Below are positions 20,723 to 30,625 of a stretch of DNA of 64,000 nt, one piece after another; the stretch's first letter is position 1, and every line of letters begins with the position of its first letter. The DNA lies in contig JAHPZH010000001.1 of assembly GCA_019058315.1 (NCBI GenBank), forward strand, positions 375,536-439,535, written 5' to 3'. The position numbers and the translations under genes are program-made. The DNA comes from Candidatus Helarchaeota archaeon. GTDB lineage: Archaea > Asgardarchaeota > Lokiarchaeia > Helarchaeales > RDOG01. The notes beneath the pieces were generated by a model. The model made no database searches, was not told the DNA's origin, and saw only the letters and a list, made by a program, of their open reading frames with translations.

Positions 20723-20795
20723 CAAATTTTTATTTTTTGTAATGAAAAAGTGTTTTCAAATAATAAAGCTGGCAAAAAAAAAATTAAAAGAAGTA

Positions 20796-22421
20796 TTATT
20801 CTTTCACTTTTTTAATATAAACTATTATAATAACAGCCGCAATTCCTACACCTACCAATGTAAACCCAATTGCTAATCCAACACCTATATCTTCTGGTCT
20901 CATTATAAGAAGGAGAAGTCCAGCGGGATTTTCCCCATTTCCTCCTGCTGAATGTTTTGTTATATTTTTTGTAGATTGGGCATAAATGTCACGAATTGAT
21001 CCCACATTTCTATAATCATACCAAGTAATAATTGCTTCACCTGCTCCACTGATACATAATTTTGGACCCGAATTATCTGCTAAATTTGTACATACGGGAG
21101 CACCATTAGAAATCCAATGCCTAGATCCGTTTGATGCAATCTTCTGTACATAGATATCAGTGCTATTAGATCTTTGATCTTGCCATGTAATATAAGTATC
21201 TGAACCATAAACTGCGATTTGAGGGCTACCTTGCTCTCCGCTACTTGAACAAATTGCGATTCCATTCGTTTGCCATGAAGAAACTCCGCTAATACCCACC
21301 CTCTGTGCATATATATTTCCATCGATTGTTCTCGTATCGATCCAAACTATATAAGCCCCCCCAGAAGCATCACTAGCGATTTCTGGACCAAATTGGTCAT
21401 TTGAGGCTATACATATGTCAGTTCCATTTGTTGTCCATTGCGTAATTCCAAGACTATTTACCCTTTGGGCATAAATATGTTCATTTCCATCTCTTGAATC
21501 TGACCAAGTTAATATTGCACCACCTATAACATCACTACAAATTTCAACATGAGTTTGATAACCATTTTCATTAGAAATTACTACTCCATTTAATGTCCAT
21601 TCAATATATCCCGTTGAATTTATTCGTTGTGCAAATATATCACTAACTGGATATGAAGTTCTCGTATCTCTCCAAGTTATTATTGCTCCATTGTTTCCAT
21701 CTGTACATAATCTGGGATCATTTTGAGCTTGGGTTGCATTACATATTACAGTTCCATTTGGAGTCCATTGTGTTACACCATCTGAATTTATTCTCTGAGC
21801 ATAAATATCAAAATTTCCTAATCCTTCCCTTAGATCTTCCCAAGTAATTATAGCGCCTCCAGCCCCATCACTGATAATTGATGGATTATCTTGATGATTA
21901 GTTGCATTACAAATTACAACCCCCTCACTAGTCCAGTTCAAGTCTCCAGTTGAATTAATACGTTGTGCATAAATATCCCTATCCGAACCTCTTTGATCCC
22001 TCCAAACAATAATAGCACCTCCTGCTCCATCACTAACAGCTTTTACGTACCATACATCTGTGGTTACCGTACATACAGCAATGCCATTATTATTCCAAAG
22101 AGTTGTTCCATTTTCATCAATTCTTTGTGCATAAACATCACCATTGGAATCCGTCCTAGTGTCTCTCCAAACAATAATTGCACCGTCTGACCCATCACTA
22201 ATAATATATGGTTGGGATTGGTCATTTGCAGAATTACATATAGGAATTCCATCTTCTTGCCAAGCCATCTTATCAATAACAAAGTTTTTATTAGATTCTA
22301 TTGGGTTTATGAAGCTAATTGTAGTGTTTTTAATAGAGAGAGACGATAATACTATTCCGAAAGTCGTTAGAAATATGAATACTTGTACTGCAATTAGAAA
22401 TTTTAAGTTAATTCTTTTCAT
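20796..22421 (-). CDS. Membrane-anchored 8-repeat beta-propeller-like surface protein
   Basis: 8 x WxxxGxxICxAxxxQxxPxIxSDGxGGAIIxWxDxR..DIYAQRI; signal peptide; C-terminal TM followed by KKVKE. Confidence 0.88.
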   Translation of the reverse strand: MKRINLKFLIAVQVFIFLTTFGIVLSSLSIKNTTISFINPIESNKNFVIDKMAWQEDGIPICNSANDQSQPYIISDGSDGAIIVWRDTRTDSNGDVYAQRIDENGTTLWNNNGIAVCTVTTDVWYVKAVSDGAGGAIIVWRDQRGSDRDIYAQRINSTGDLNWTSEGVVICNATNHQDNPSIISDGAGGAIITWEDLREGLGNFDIYAQRINSDGVTQWTPNGTVICNATQAQNDPRLCTDGNNGAIITWRDTRTSYPVSDIFAQRINSTGYIEWTLNGVVISNENGYQTHVEICSDVIGGAILTWSDSRDGNEHIYAQRVNSLGITQWTTNGTDICIASNDQFGPEIASDASGGAYIVWIDTRTIDGNIYAQRVGISGVSSWQTNGIAICSSSGEQGSPQIAVYGSDTYITWQDQRSNSTDIYVQKIASNGSRHWISNGAPVCTNLADNSGPKLCISGAGEAIITWYDYRNVGSIRDIYAQSTKNITKHSAGGNGENPAGLLLLIMRPEDIGVGLAIGFTLVGVGIAAVIIIVYIKKVKE

Positions 22422-22667
22422 TGCTATTCACATTATCATTTCTTGATTAAATGAATTCTTAACATAAAAAATAATCCATTATTAATTTGTTACTGTTAAT
22501 GCAAAAGCAAAAATTATTTTCCATTAAAGAATAGATACGATTATTTAGATTGAATTTTGGACCATATATAAAGAGATTGTTCAATATAGAAGATTTACCA
22601 AGTAAGTTTATTCAAAAATATCTTATTTTTATTTTTATTTTTCAATTTTACATTTCTAAAAATATGA

Positions 22668-22708
22668 TTGCAAATTTGCAAAGATTACCAATTAGAAAAA
22701 TTTAAATA
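22668..22708 (+). promoter_or_regulatory. 14-bp palindrome upstream of a BRE/TATA for the acyl-CoA dehydrogenase-ETF operon
   Basis: ttgcaaatttgcaa (22668-22681), then agaaaaa-tttaaata (22694-22708). Confidence 0.4.
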
Positions 22709-22781
22709 GTATATCTTGCATTAGTGTCCTACAGAAATACTGTATACTAAATTATTCTAAAAATATCAGGAATTACAAATT

Positions 22782-23948
22782 ATGAAGACAATTATGAATT
22801 TCTCAATGACTGAAAAGCAGAAGATGATTCAGAGAATAACTCGTGAATTTTCAGAAGAATTTATAGTGCCTATAGCGGAAGAAAGCGATAAAAACTCACA
22901 ATTAGATATCAAAATATTAAATCTAATGAAAAAAATGAACTTTTTTGGTCTTTGTATTCCAAAAGAATTTGGAGGAGCAGGTTTGCATGATGATACAGTA
23001 AGTTTTTGCATCATAGTTGAGGAAATTGCAAAAATTGATGCTTCTTATGCTCTTACTCCAGGTGTCCACTGTAGCGTCGTTGCTCGTCCAATATATATTT
23101 ATGGTACAGAAGAACAGAGAAGGAAATTTTTAATTCCCCTCGTCAAAGGGGATAAAATTGGTGCATTTGCCTTGACTGAGGCTAATGCAGGATCTGATGT
23201 TGCTAGTATTGAAACGAATGCAGTAATAGATGGTGATGAGTGGGTCTTAAATGGGAATAAAATATTTATAACAAATGGTGGAATAGCTAAAACTATAATA
23301 GTCCTCGCAAAAACTGGTGAAAAAGGTAAAAGAAAGTTTCATACTCTTTTTATTGTAGATGCCGATACACCCGGATTTTCTGTGGGGGTAAAAGAAGATA
23401 AACTAGGGGTCCGGGCTTCTAATACTACTGAGCTTGTTTTTCAGGATATGAGAATTCCTCATGAAAATATCTTGGGAGAAGTCGGAAATGGACTAAAAAT
23501 TGCTTTAGAGATATTAAATTTTGGTCGAATCATTGTTGCTGCTCAATGTGTTGGATTAGGGCAAGGGGCAATGGAATCTGCAATTAAATATGCTAATGAA
23601 AGAGAACAATTTGGAAGTAATATTGGTCGATTTCAAGGTATACAATGGAGAATCGCGGATATGGGTTGCGCAGTCGAATCTGCAAGATTATTGACTCAAA
23701 AAGCTGCTCATATGTGTGATAACAACATGGATTATAGTTTAATGGCTTCTATGGCAAAATTAGTTGCAAGTGAAGTAGCAATGAAAGTAGCTCATGATGC
23801 TGTTCAAATACACGGTGGATATGGTCTAATGAAAGCATATCCAGTAGAGAGATATTTTAGAGATGCTAAAATGGCCGAAATCTATGAAGGAACATCTGAA
23901 ATCCAAAGAATGGTTATTGCAAAACAATTATTGAAAAAATTCGTATAA
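22782..23948 (+). CDS. Acyl-CoA dehydrogenase (butyryl-CoA dehydrogenase-like)
   Basis: ALTEANAGSD, KIFITNG, QIHGGYG, IYEGTSEIQR. Confidence 0.95.
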   Translation: MKTIMNFSMTEKQKMIQRITREFSEEFIVPIAEESDKNSQLDIKILNLMKKMNFFGLCIPKEFGGAGLHDDTVSFCIIVEEIAKIDASYALTPGVHCSVVARPIYIYGTEEQRRKFLIPLVKGDKIGAFALTEANAGSDVASIETNAVIDGDEWVLNGNKIFITNGGIAKTIIVLAKTGEKGKRKFHTLFIVDADTPGFSVGVKEDKLGVRASNTTELVFQDMRIPHENILGEVGNGLKIALEILNFGRIIVAAQCVGLGQGAMESAIKYANEREQFGSNIGRFQGIQWRIADMGCAVESARLLTQKAAHMCDNNMDYSLMASMAKLVASEVAMKVAHDAVQIHGGYGLMKAYPVERYFRDAKMAEIYEGTSEIQRMVIAKQLLKKFV

Positions 23949-23964
23949 AAGAGGTGTTAAAAAG

Positions 23965-24771
23965 ATGAAAATATTCGTTTGTATTAAACAAGTTCCTGGA
24001 ATATCAGAGGTAAAGATAGATTCAAAAACTGGGAATATAATTCGTGATGGTGTTCCGAGCATTATCAATCCACTTGATAAACATGCCCTCGAATTAGCTT
24101 TACAAATAAAGGAAGATAAAAATGCTGAAATTATCGCCATTAGTATGGGACCACCACAAGCCGAAGAGGCTTTACGTGAAGCACTAGCAATGGGAAGTGA
24201 TAGAGCCTTCCTCTTGACTGACAAGAAATTTGCTGGAGCAGACACATTAGCCACCTCTCATACGTTATCCCTTGCTATTAAGAAAATCCTAAATGATTTT
24301 GATATTGATGAAAAATATTTAATCATCTGTGGTGCCTGTGCTATTGATGGAGATACCGCACAAGTAGGTGTAGAATTAGCAGAAGAATTAAATATACCTC
24401 AAATAACCTATGTCCAAAAAATACATATTAATAATGACAAAATTATTGCAGAAAAAGTTCTAAGACCCGAAGAGATAGTTGTGGTAGAATCTAGATTTCC
24501 TTTATTAATAACCGTTTTAAAGGAATTAAATAAACCACGTTTTCCAACAATAGCTGGTATTATGGAAGCATATGATGAAAAAGAAATAATTAAGTTGGAT
24601 TCTCAAAGTTTAAAAGCTGATGATGCAAAAATTGGATTAAATGGTTCTCAGACGCAAGTTTGGAAGATTTTTACTCCCCAAAGAGTATATGATCACGTTA
24701 AACTTTCTGGAGATATCGGAGAAATGGTAAAAAAATTATGTGCAAACTTAGTAGAGTGTAAAATCTTATAA
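23965..24771 (+). CDS. etfB: Electron transfer flavoprotein beta subunit
   Basis: VCIKQVP, INPLD, GADTLAT, AIDGDTAQVG. Confidence 0.95.
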   Translation: MKIFVCIKQVPGISEVKIDSKTGNIIRDGVPSIINPLDKHALELALQIKEDKNAEIIAISMGPPQAEEALREALAMGSDRAFLLTDKKFAGADTLATSHTLSLAIKKILNDFDIDEKYLIICGACAIDGDTAQVGVELAEELNIPQITYVQKIHINNDKIIAEKVLRPEEIVVVESRFPLLITVLKELNKPRFPTIAGIMEAYDEKEIIKLDSQSLKADDAKIGLNGSQTQVWKIFTPQRVYDHVKLSGDIGEMVKKLCANLVECKIL

Positions 24772-24793
24772 GAATTCTATAGGAGTTTAAAAA

Positions 24794-26002
24794 ATGGGGA
24801 TAAAAATTCAAGTTGAATTATGTACCGGATGTGGAAGTTGTCATTCTATATGCCCCTATGGTGGTATAAAACTCGTAAATGATAAAGCGCAATTAACAAG
24901 TGAATGCAGTGCTTGTGGTTTATGTGTTGAAGAATGCCCTACCAAAGCCATTCTGTTAATAAGAGAAGGTTCGGTAAAACAAGTTGACATCTCTAAATAT
25001 AAAGGTGTATGGGTTATTGGGGAACATTATAGCAATAATATCGAAGGTGTGGTTTATGAATTAGTAGAAAAAGGTCGAGAACTGGCAGATAAATTAAATG
25101 TTGACCTAACAGTTGTGTTATTAGGCTCACAATTAGATGACGAATTGGAAGAATTTGGTCAATATGGTGTAGATGTGGTTATTTATATCATGTCTCCTGT
25201 GTTAGAAAACTATTATTCAGAACTATATGTAAAAATTTTGACTAATCTCATAAAGAAAAATAAGCCCGAAATCGTTTTAATGGGAGCAACGCCGATTGGA
25301 AGAGATTTTGCACCACGAATTTCAAAAAGACTTAATACTGGGCTAACTGCTGATTGCACAGGATTGGATATAGATTCAGAATGCAAAAATTTACTACAAA
25401 CACGCCCAACATTTGGTGGTAATATAATGGCAACGATTAAAACTCCACATAGTAGGCCCCAAATGAGCACAGTAAGACCAGGTATATTTAAACCAACTAA
25501 AAAAATGGGAAGAAAAGTGAGAATCAGAAAATTTTATTATAATTTCAATCAAAAAGACCTAATTACAAAAATATTGAAGATAATAAAGAAAGAACGCAAA
25601 ATCAGAAACCTTTCGGATGCAGATATTATTGTAGCTGGAGGAAGAGGGGTTGGTAGTAAAGAAAATTTTATAATATTAGAAGAATTAGCTGAAGTTTTAA
25701 ATGCTGAAGTAGCAGGTTCAAGAGTAGCTGTCGAACTGAACTGGATTAATTCAGACAGACAAGTCGGACAGACAGGGAAAATAGTTTCACCAAAACTATA
25801 TATTGCATGTGGTATTTCAGGAGCAAGTCAACATATAGTGGGGATTCAATGTTCTGATATAATCGTAGCAATTAATAAAGATCCTAACGCACCAATTTTC
25901 GAAATAGCACATTATGGAATCGTTGGCGACCTTCATAGAGTCATTCCTGAGCTGATAAAAGAAATAAAGCGTATAAAATCTAAGGAGGAAATCCCAAACT
26001 AA
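24794..26002 (+). CDS. etfA: Electron transfer flavoprotein alpha subunit with N-terminal 2[4Fe-4S] ferredoxin domain
   Basis: CTGCGSCHSICP and CSACGLCVEECP; GLTADCT, RPTFGG, QVGQTG, GISGASQH. Confidence 0.95.
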   Translation: MGIKIQVELCTGCGSCHSICPYGGIKLVNDKAQLTSECSACGLCVEECPTKAILLIREGSVKQVDISKYKGVWVIGEHYSNNIEGVVYELVEKGRELADKLNVDLTVVLLGSQLDDELEEFGQYGVDVVIYIMSPVLENYYSELYVKILTNLIKKNKPEIVLMGATPIGRDFAPRISKRLNTGLTADCTGLDIDSECKNLLQTRPTFGGNIMATIKTPHSRPQMSTVRPGIFKPTKKMGRKVRIRKFYYNFNQKDLITKILKIIKKERKIRNLSDADIIVAGGRGVGSKENFIILEELAEVLNAEVAGSRVAVELNWINSDRQVGQTGKIVSPKLYIACGISGASQHIVGIQCSDIIVAINKDPNAPIFEIAHYGIVGDLHRVIPELIKEIKRIKSKEEIPN

Positions 26003-26064
26003 AAAAATCGAAAAAAAAAATTAAAAAAGAAAATTTATGATTATTCAAAACCTACTTTTTTATT

Positions 26065-27294
26065 ATGAAATTCTTCTCAATAAATTCCAATTTTACTAGA
26101 AGGGATTTTTTTACATCAGCTTTATTTATATTGATGTTTTTTGTCTTTGAGAATTTTTCACTCGATTTTTATCTCCAAAAAACTATGATTTTTGTAAAAT
26201 CTTATTTTTACTTTAAGTTGATCTTAGTATCTATCATATTTATTTCAAATTTAATTAGCGGATTATTACTTCTAAAAATAAAAGAATTTTATTTATTGTT
26301 ATCTTCGGTTATATGTGTCGGTTGTAGCACAATTCTTATAAATACAGTCAAATTAAGTCCAATTGAGTTAAACTTCTGGTTTATTGTTCCATATTCAGTG
26401 GCAATAGGATTGATACCTGCAGCTGTATTAAGTTTTTTTAATTCGAGAATAAAGATTGTCGATAGACAAAAACAGATTTCTTATGTTCTATTGATTTCCT
26501 ATCTTATAATGGTTTTAATCTTTCATATTTTTTTCATATTTTACGGATTTCAAGCCATTTTAAATATATCGTTAATGGTTATTCTGACATATTTTTTAAT
26601 ACAGACTAAAAAAGAAGAAATTAATATAGATGATGATTTAAAAAATGTTTCTTTCTTGGAGTTTTTATTTATAATCATTCCTTTCTTTCTATTTTTTATT
26701 GCTTTTTTCATAGGAAATATATTGTATAATTCGTTTTTATTCTATAGAAGTGTCGCTGGAAGTTCTTTCTTTCCTTTTCTGTATGGAGTCATTATAGCAT
26801 TTTTAATTTCTGGATTAATAGATTATTTTGGAAGAAAATTAATTGTTTTTATTTCATTTGGATTTGTTGGACTGAATTGGGTTCTTACAAGTATGTTCGG
26901 GTATTCAGAACTTATAAGCATCCTTGATGGGATAGCATATGGTTTAATGATTGCAATTGGTCTCTTTACTCTTTCAGGTGATATTATCATCGAATCAAGA
27001 TTAAATCTTCGAAATTGTATTTATTCTCTATTTTTAAGTCCTATTTTTTTATATGATTTCATGACAACCTATTTTTTAACTCAAGCAGCCCATTCAATTT
27101 GGTTGCTTTTTGTATGGGATGTTAATTTAAGTAGAAATTCTCTTTTTTCTTTAATGGTTGGATTAATAGTATTAGGAATAATATTATTTATCTATAGCCC
27201 GGAAACTTATCCAATGAAGAAGAAACAGAAAGTTCTTATTAATAAATATATGATGAAGGCGAAAAATATAGCTGATAAATATAAATCTGAATGA
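26065..27294 (+). CDS. Multi-pass membrane protein, MFS-like
   Basis: About 12 hydrophobic segments; GLIDYFGRK loop; PETYP after the last TM. Confidence 0.7.
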   Translation: MKFFSINSNFTRRDFFTSALFILMFFVFENFSLDFYLQKTMIFVKSYFYFKLILVSIIFISNLISGLLLLKIKEFYLLLSSVICVGCSTILINTVKLSPIELNFWFIVPYSVAIGLIPAAVLSFFNSRIKIVDRQKQISYVLLISYLIMVLIFHIFFIFYGFQAILNISLMVILTYFLIQTKKEEINIDDDLKNVSFLEFLFIIIPFFLFFIAFFIGNILYNSFLFYRSVAGSSFFPFLYGVIIAFLISGLIDYFGRKLIVFISFGFVGLNWVLTSMFGYSELISILDGIAYGLMIAIGLFTLSGDIIIESRLNLRNCIYSLFLSPIFLYDFMTTYFLTQAAHSIWLLFVWDVNLSRNSLFSLMVGLIVLGIILFIYSPETYPMKKKQKVLINKYMMKAKNIADKYKSE

Positions 27295-27393
27295 GATGGT
27301 TTTAAATTAAAGGTTATTGGGCATACAAAATGTTAAATAGATGAAATATAGTGTTTTCGATGAAATTCTTTAAAAATAAATTAAAAATTCATC

Positions 27394-27582
27394 TTAATCT
27401 TTTTTTCTACGAACTTTTTTCTTTATTTTAACTCGAGTCTGCATCAAGCCACATTCGGTACAAGTATATGAAAACCTCCCCGTCTTCACCATTTTGCCAT
27501 TACATTCCTCACACTTCTCGTCAGTAGAGATGAATTCTGCACGTCCCAAAGCTTTATCCTTTTTCCGTGATGATTTTGTCAT
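27394..27582 (-). CDS. Small basic zinc-ribbon protein
   Basis: CEEC...CTECG; start overlaps the upstream stop (ATGA). Confidence 0.7.
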   Translation of the reverse strand: MTKSSRKKDKALGRAEFISTDEKCEECNGKMVKTGRFSYTCTECGLMQTRVKIKKKVRRKKD

Positions 27583-27848
27583 ACGTATTCTCCTTCATAA
27601 TATCCTTTGAATTTGTACACAAGACCCACAATAAGATTAGTAACACCTAATATAATAAAAACTCCTCCTAAAAGTACATAAATTGGATAGAATAAACTAG
27701 GTGCTATCAATCTTTGAAGAGAATGAAAGATATCTTGTGGAATAATATCTGGTAGAATTAGAATAACTGATAGTCCTATAATAATTAAAATAATTCCAAT
27801 TATTGTTTGAGTGACGGGGTATACCCGAACTCGACCCAGAAATGACAA
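27579..27848 (-). CDS. Small 2-TM membrane protein
   Basis: Two hydrophobic helices; coupled to the zinc-ribbon gene. Confidence 0.65.
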   Translation of the reverse strand: MSFLGRVRVYPVTQTIIGIILIIIGLSVILILPDIIPQDIFHSLQRLIAPSLFYPIYVLLGGVFIILGVTNLIVGLVYKFKGYYEGEYV

Positions 27849-28089
27849 TATTTTATAATCCTTTATTCTAAAAAGTTATTCGAACTATTTAGTTATATGT
27901 TCGATCTTGCCTGCTATTTACTTTATTTTCACACAATAGAGGTGCTTTTTAGGTTTATGTTTATGTATATTCAATTGAAACATAATATGGCAAATACTCT
28001 TAATTTATAGTTTTCAAAAAATTTATATTTTTATTAAACAAAATAAAGATGATTATTTTTCAATTTTATCCGTTAAAAATTAAACAAAA

Positions 28090-29715
28090 ATGGTGGGTAA
28101 TTTGATAAAGCGGAAAATTTTTTACTTGATCCTTTTTAATATGTTTCTAATTTCAAGTGTAGTTCTCACAGATTCTTCGTTCACAATAAATGGTTTAATG
28201 ATATTAAACAATAGAAGTTCTAATTCAAACTTAGGTTCAAGTGGAATACCCTACTTATCGTGGGATCCGGCTGGAGTTAGCATATGCCAAGCAACTAATT
28301 TACAATATGAGGCTGAGATATGCAGTGATGGTCAAGGTGGTGCAATTATTGTATGGAGAGATCAAAGAACTGATCCCGATGGAGATATTTATGCACAGAA
28401 AATAAATTCAACTGGAAATATTCAATGGACAGGTAGTGGAGTTCCAGTACACATAACTACTGAAGCTGAAGATAATCCTCAATTATGTAGCGATGGGAAT
28501 GGGGGAGCTATAATAACTTGGGATCATGATGGTATATCAAGTGGTGAAGACATATATGCACAAAGAATTAATTCCACAGGAGATTTTCCTTGGGGAGGAG
28601 TTAAGATGATAAGTACTCAAACGAATGACCAATATTATCCTGAATTATGCATGGATGGTGATGGCGGTGCAATAATAACTTGGGAACATTATCGAACAAT
28701 ACCCCTTTATGATATATATGCCCAAAAAATCAATTCAAGTGGTGGATTTCCTTGGGGGTCAGAAAAACAAGTTTGTACGGCATCTAACAATCAGATTCTT
28801 CCTAAAATTTGCAGTGATGGAGCAGGTGGTGCAATTATTGTGTGGTGGGACTATAGAAGTGATGCTGATGGAGATATATATGTTCAAAAAATTAATTCAA
28901 GTGGACAAACCGAATGGACTAATAATGGCACTATCATACATGCAACGATATGGGAGGAAACAGCTGCGCAAATTTGCTCTGACGGTTTAGGTGGCGCAAT
29001 CATAGTGTGGCAGCATGATGGAGTTTCAACTGGTTTGGACATATATGCTCAACGAATCAATTCTAATGGAGGCATAGAATGGACAGCCGGGGGTGTGGAA
29101 ATATGCACTAATAATTCTGATCAACAAAATGCTCAAATTTGTAGTGATGGTTCAGGGGGTGCAATTATTACTTGGGATGATCAAACAAGTGGTTATGACA
29201 TCTATGCTCAAAGAATCAATTCAAAGGGTGCTGTAGAATGGAAAACTAATGGTGTACCTATTTGTGTCGCAGCTTCAGATCAATATTTTCCAGAAATTGT
29301 CAGTGATGGGGTAGGGGGTGCGATAATTGTTTGGCAAGATTATAGAACCGGAAGTACTTCTGACATTTATGCACAACGGATAGATTCAAAAGGAAATATT
29401 CAGTGGAATTATAATGGGATGTTAATAATTGGTGCAAATGATCTACAACAATACCCTAGATTATGCAGTGATGGAAATGAAGGTGCAATCATCACATGGC
29501 AGGATGATAGAGCAGAAACTAGTGCTGATAACATTTACGCACAACGTATAGAAGATATACCCTTGTCTTCAGAACATGAACCAATTTTAATACCGATAAT
29601 ATCTGGTCCAAATGTTTTCGATTCTATATTATCACTTGTTGGAATAGGGATTATTGCTGCAATTGCTGCCTCAAGTGTCGTTATTACTATAATCATCATG
29701 AAAAAAGCTAAATAA
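28090..29715 (+). CDS. Membrane-anchored 8-repeat beta-propeller-like surface protein (paralogue of 20796..22421)
   Basis: Same repeat x 8; signal peptide; TM followed by KKAK. Confidence 0.88.
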   Translation: MVGNLIKRKIFYLILFNMFLISSVVLTDSSFTINGLMILNNRSSNSNLGSSGIPYLSWDPAGVSICQATNLQYEAEICSDGQGGAIIVWRDQRTDPDGDIYAQKINSTGNIQWTGSGVPVHITTEAEDNPQLCSDGNGGAIITWDHDGISSGEDIYAQRINSTGDFPWGGVKMISTQTNDQYYPELCMDGDGGAIITWEHYRTIPLYDIYAQKINSSGGFPWGSEKQVCTASNNQILPKICSDGAGGAIIVWWDYRSDADGDIYVQKINSSGQTEWTNNGTIIHATIWEETAAQICSDGLGGAIIVWQHDGVSTGLDIYAQRINSNGGIEWTAGGVEICTNNSDQQNAQICSDGSGGAIITWDDQTSGYDIYAQRINSKGAVEWKTNGVPICVAASDQYFPEIVSDGVGGAIIVWQDYRTGSTSDIYAQRIDSKGNIQWNYNGMLIIGANDLQQYPRLCSDGNEGAIITWQDDRAETSADNIYAQRIEDIPLSSEHEPILIPIISGPNVFDSILSLVGIGIIAAIAASSVVITIIIMKKAK

Positions 29716-29816
29716 TTTGTAAATAAAAATTCGGATTAATACAATCTCTCTTATTTTTTTATAAGAAAAATAATTCCAGTCATTACCTGATTGATTGGAT
29801 CTGCTCGAAGTATCAT

Positions 29817-30614
29817 TTATTTCATTATATCTTCAATCTTGTCCGCTATTTGCTTTAATGTAACACAATAGGGATGTTTTTCATCCTTAAGAATAAGCAT
29901 GTATTCACTTAAAGTGCTTTGGACTTCACATGAACATGGGATAGTACCAATTATTTTATTCTGAATTTTAGCGATTTTTTCTTCAATTTCTTTATTTTTT
30001 TCCACAAATGCGGCAGGAACCATATTAAGAATAATGTGATTTTCTTTTTCCAATGATTGGTAAATCTCCGAAACCATATTATCAGTACCACTTAAATCAG
30101 CTTTGTTAAGTGTAGAAAGTAATAATACCAAATCAGCACATACAATAGCATTTATCGACCAATATTTAATTCCAGGGCTAGTATCAAAAAATAGATAATC
30201 AATATTATGTTCCTCAAATAATTCTTTTTTTGCTTTCAATAGTACTTTTAATGCATTCATTTGCCATTTTCGTCCAGCAGTTTCAAAGAATTCAAAAACA
30301 TCTCTTCCTGTATTCATCAACCCTAGATATAAATTCCCTTTTAATTTAATACCTGATTCAATATCTTGTCTAACGGGGGTCAAATATTCCATAATTGAGC
30401 ATTTTTTATCTAAAAATTCTTTAAGATAGTAGTTAGATCTTTTAGATTCATCGATATAATGCTCAAATATGTAATTTAAACTTGGAGCACCAATATCGAA
30501 ATCAATCAGAGCAACATTTTTGCCCCTCATGGCTTGAATAATTGAAAAATTTGAAACAAAATAAGTCTTTCCTGTTCCCCCTTTATAAGAATGGATTGCA
30601 ATTGCTCTTGCCAT
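29817..30614 (-). CDS. MinD/ParA family ATPase
   Basis: Deviant Walker A KGGTGKT, IDFD, Walker B DTSPG, LNMVP. Confidence 0.9.
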   Translation of the reverse strand: MARAIAIHSYKGGTGKTYFVSNFSIIQAMRGKNVALIDFDIGAPSLNYIFEHYIDESKRSNYYLKEFLDKKCSIMEYLTPVRQDIESGIKLKGNLYLGLMNTGRDVFEFFETAGRKWQMNALKVLLKAKKELFEEHNIDYLFFDTSPGIKYWSINAIVCADLVLLLSTLNKADLSGTDNMVSEIYQSLEKENHIILNMVPAAFVEKNKEIEEKIAKIQNKIIGTIPCSCEVQSTLSEYMLILKDEKHPYCVTLKQIADKIEDIMK

Positions 30615-30625
30615 TTTTTATCCTC

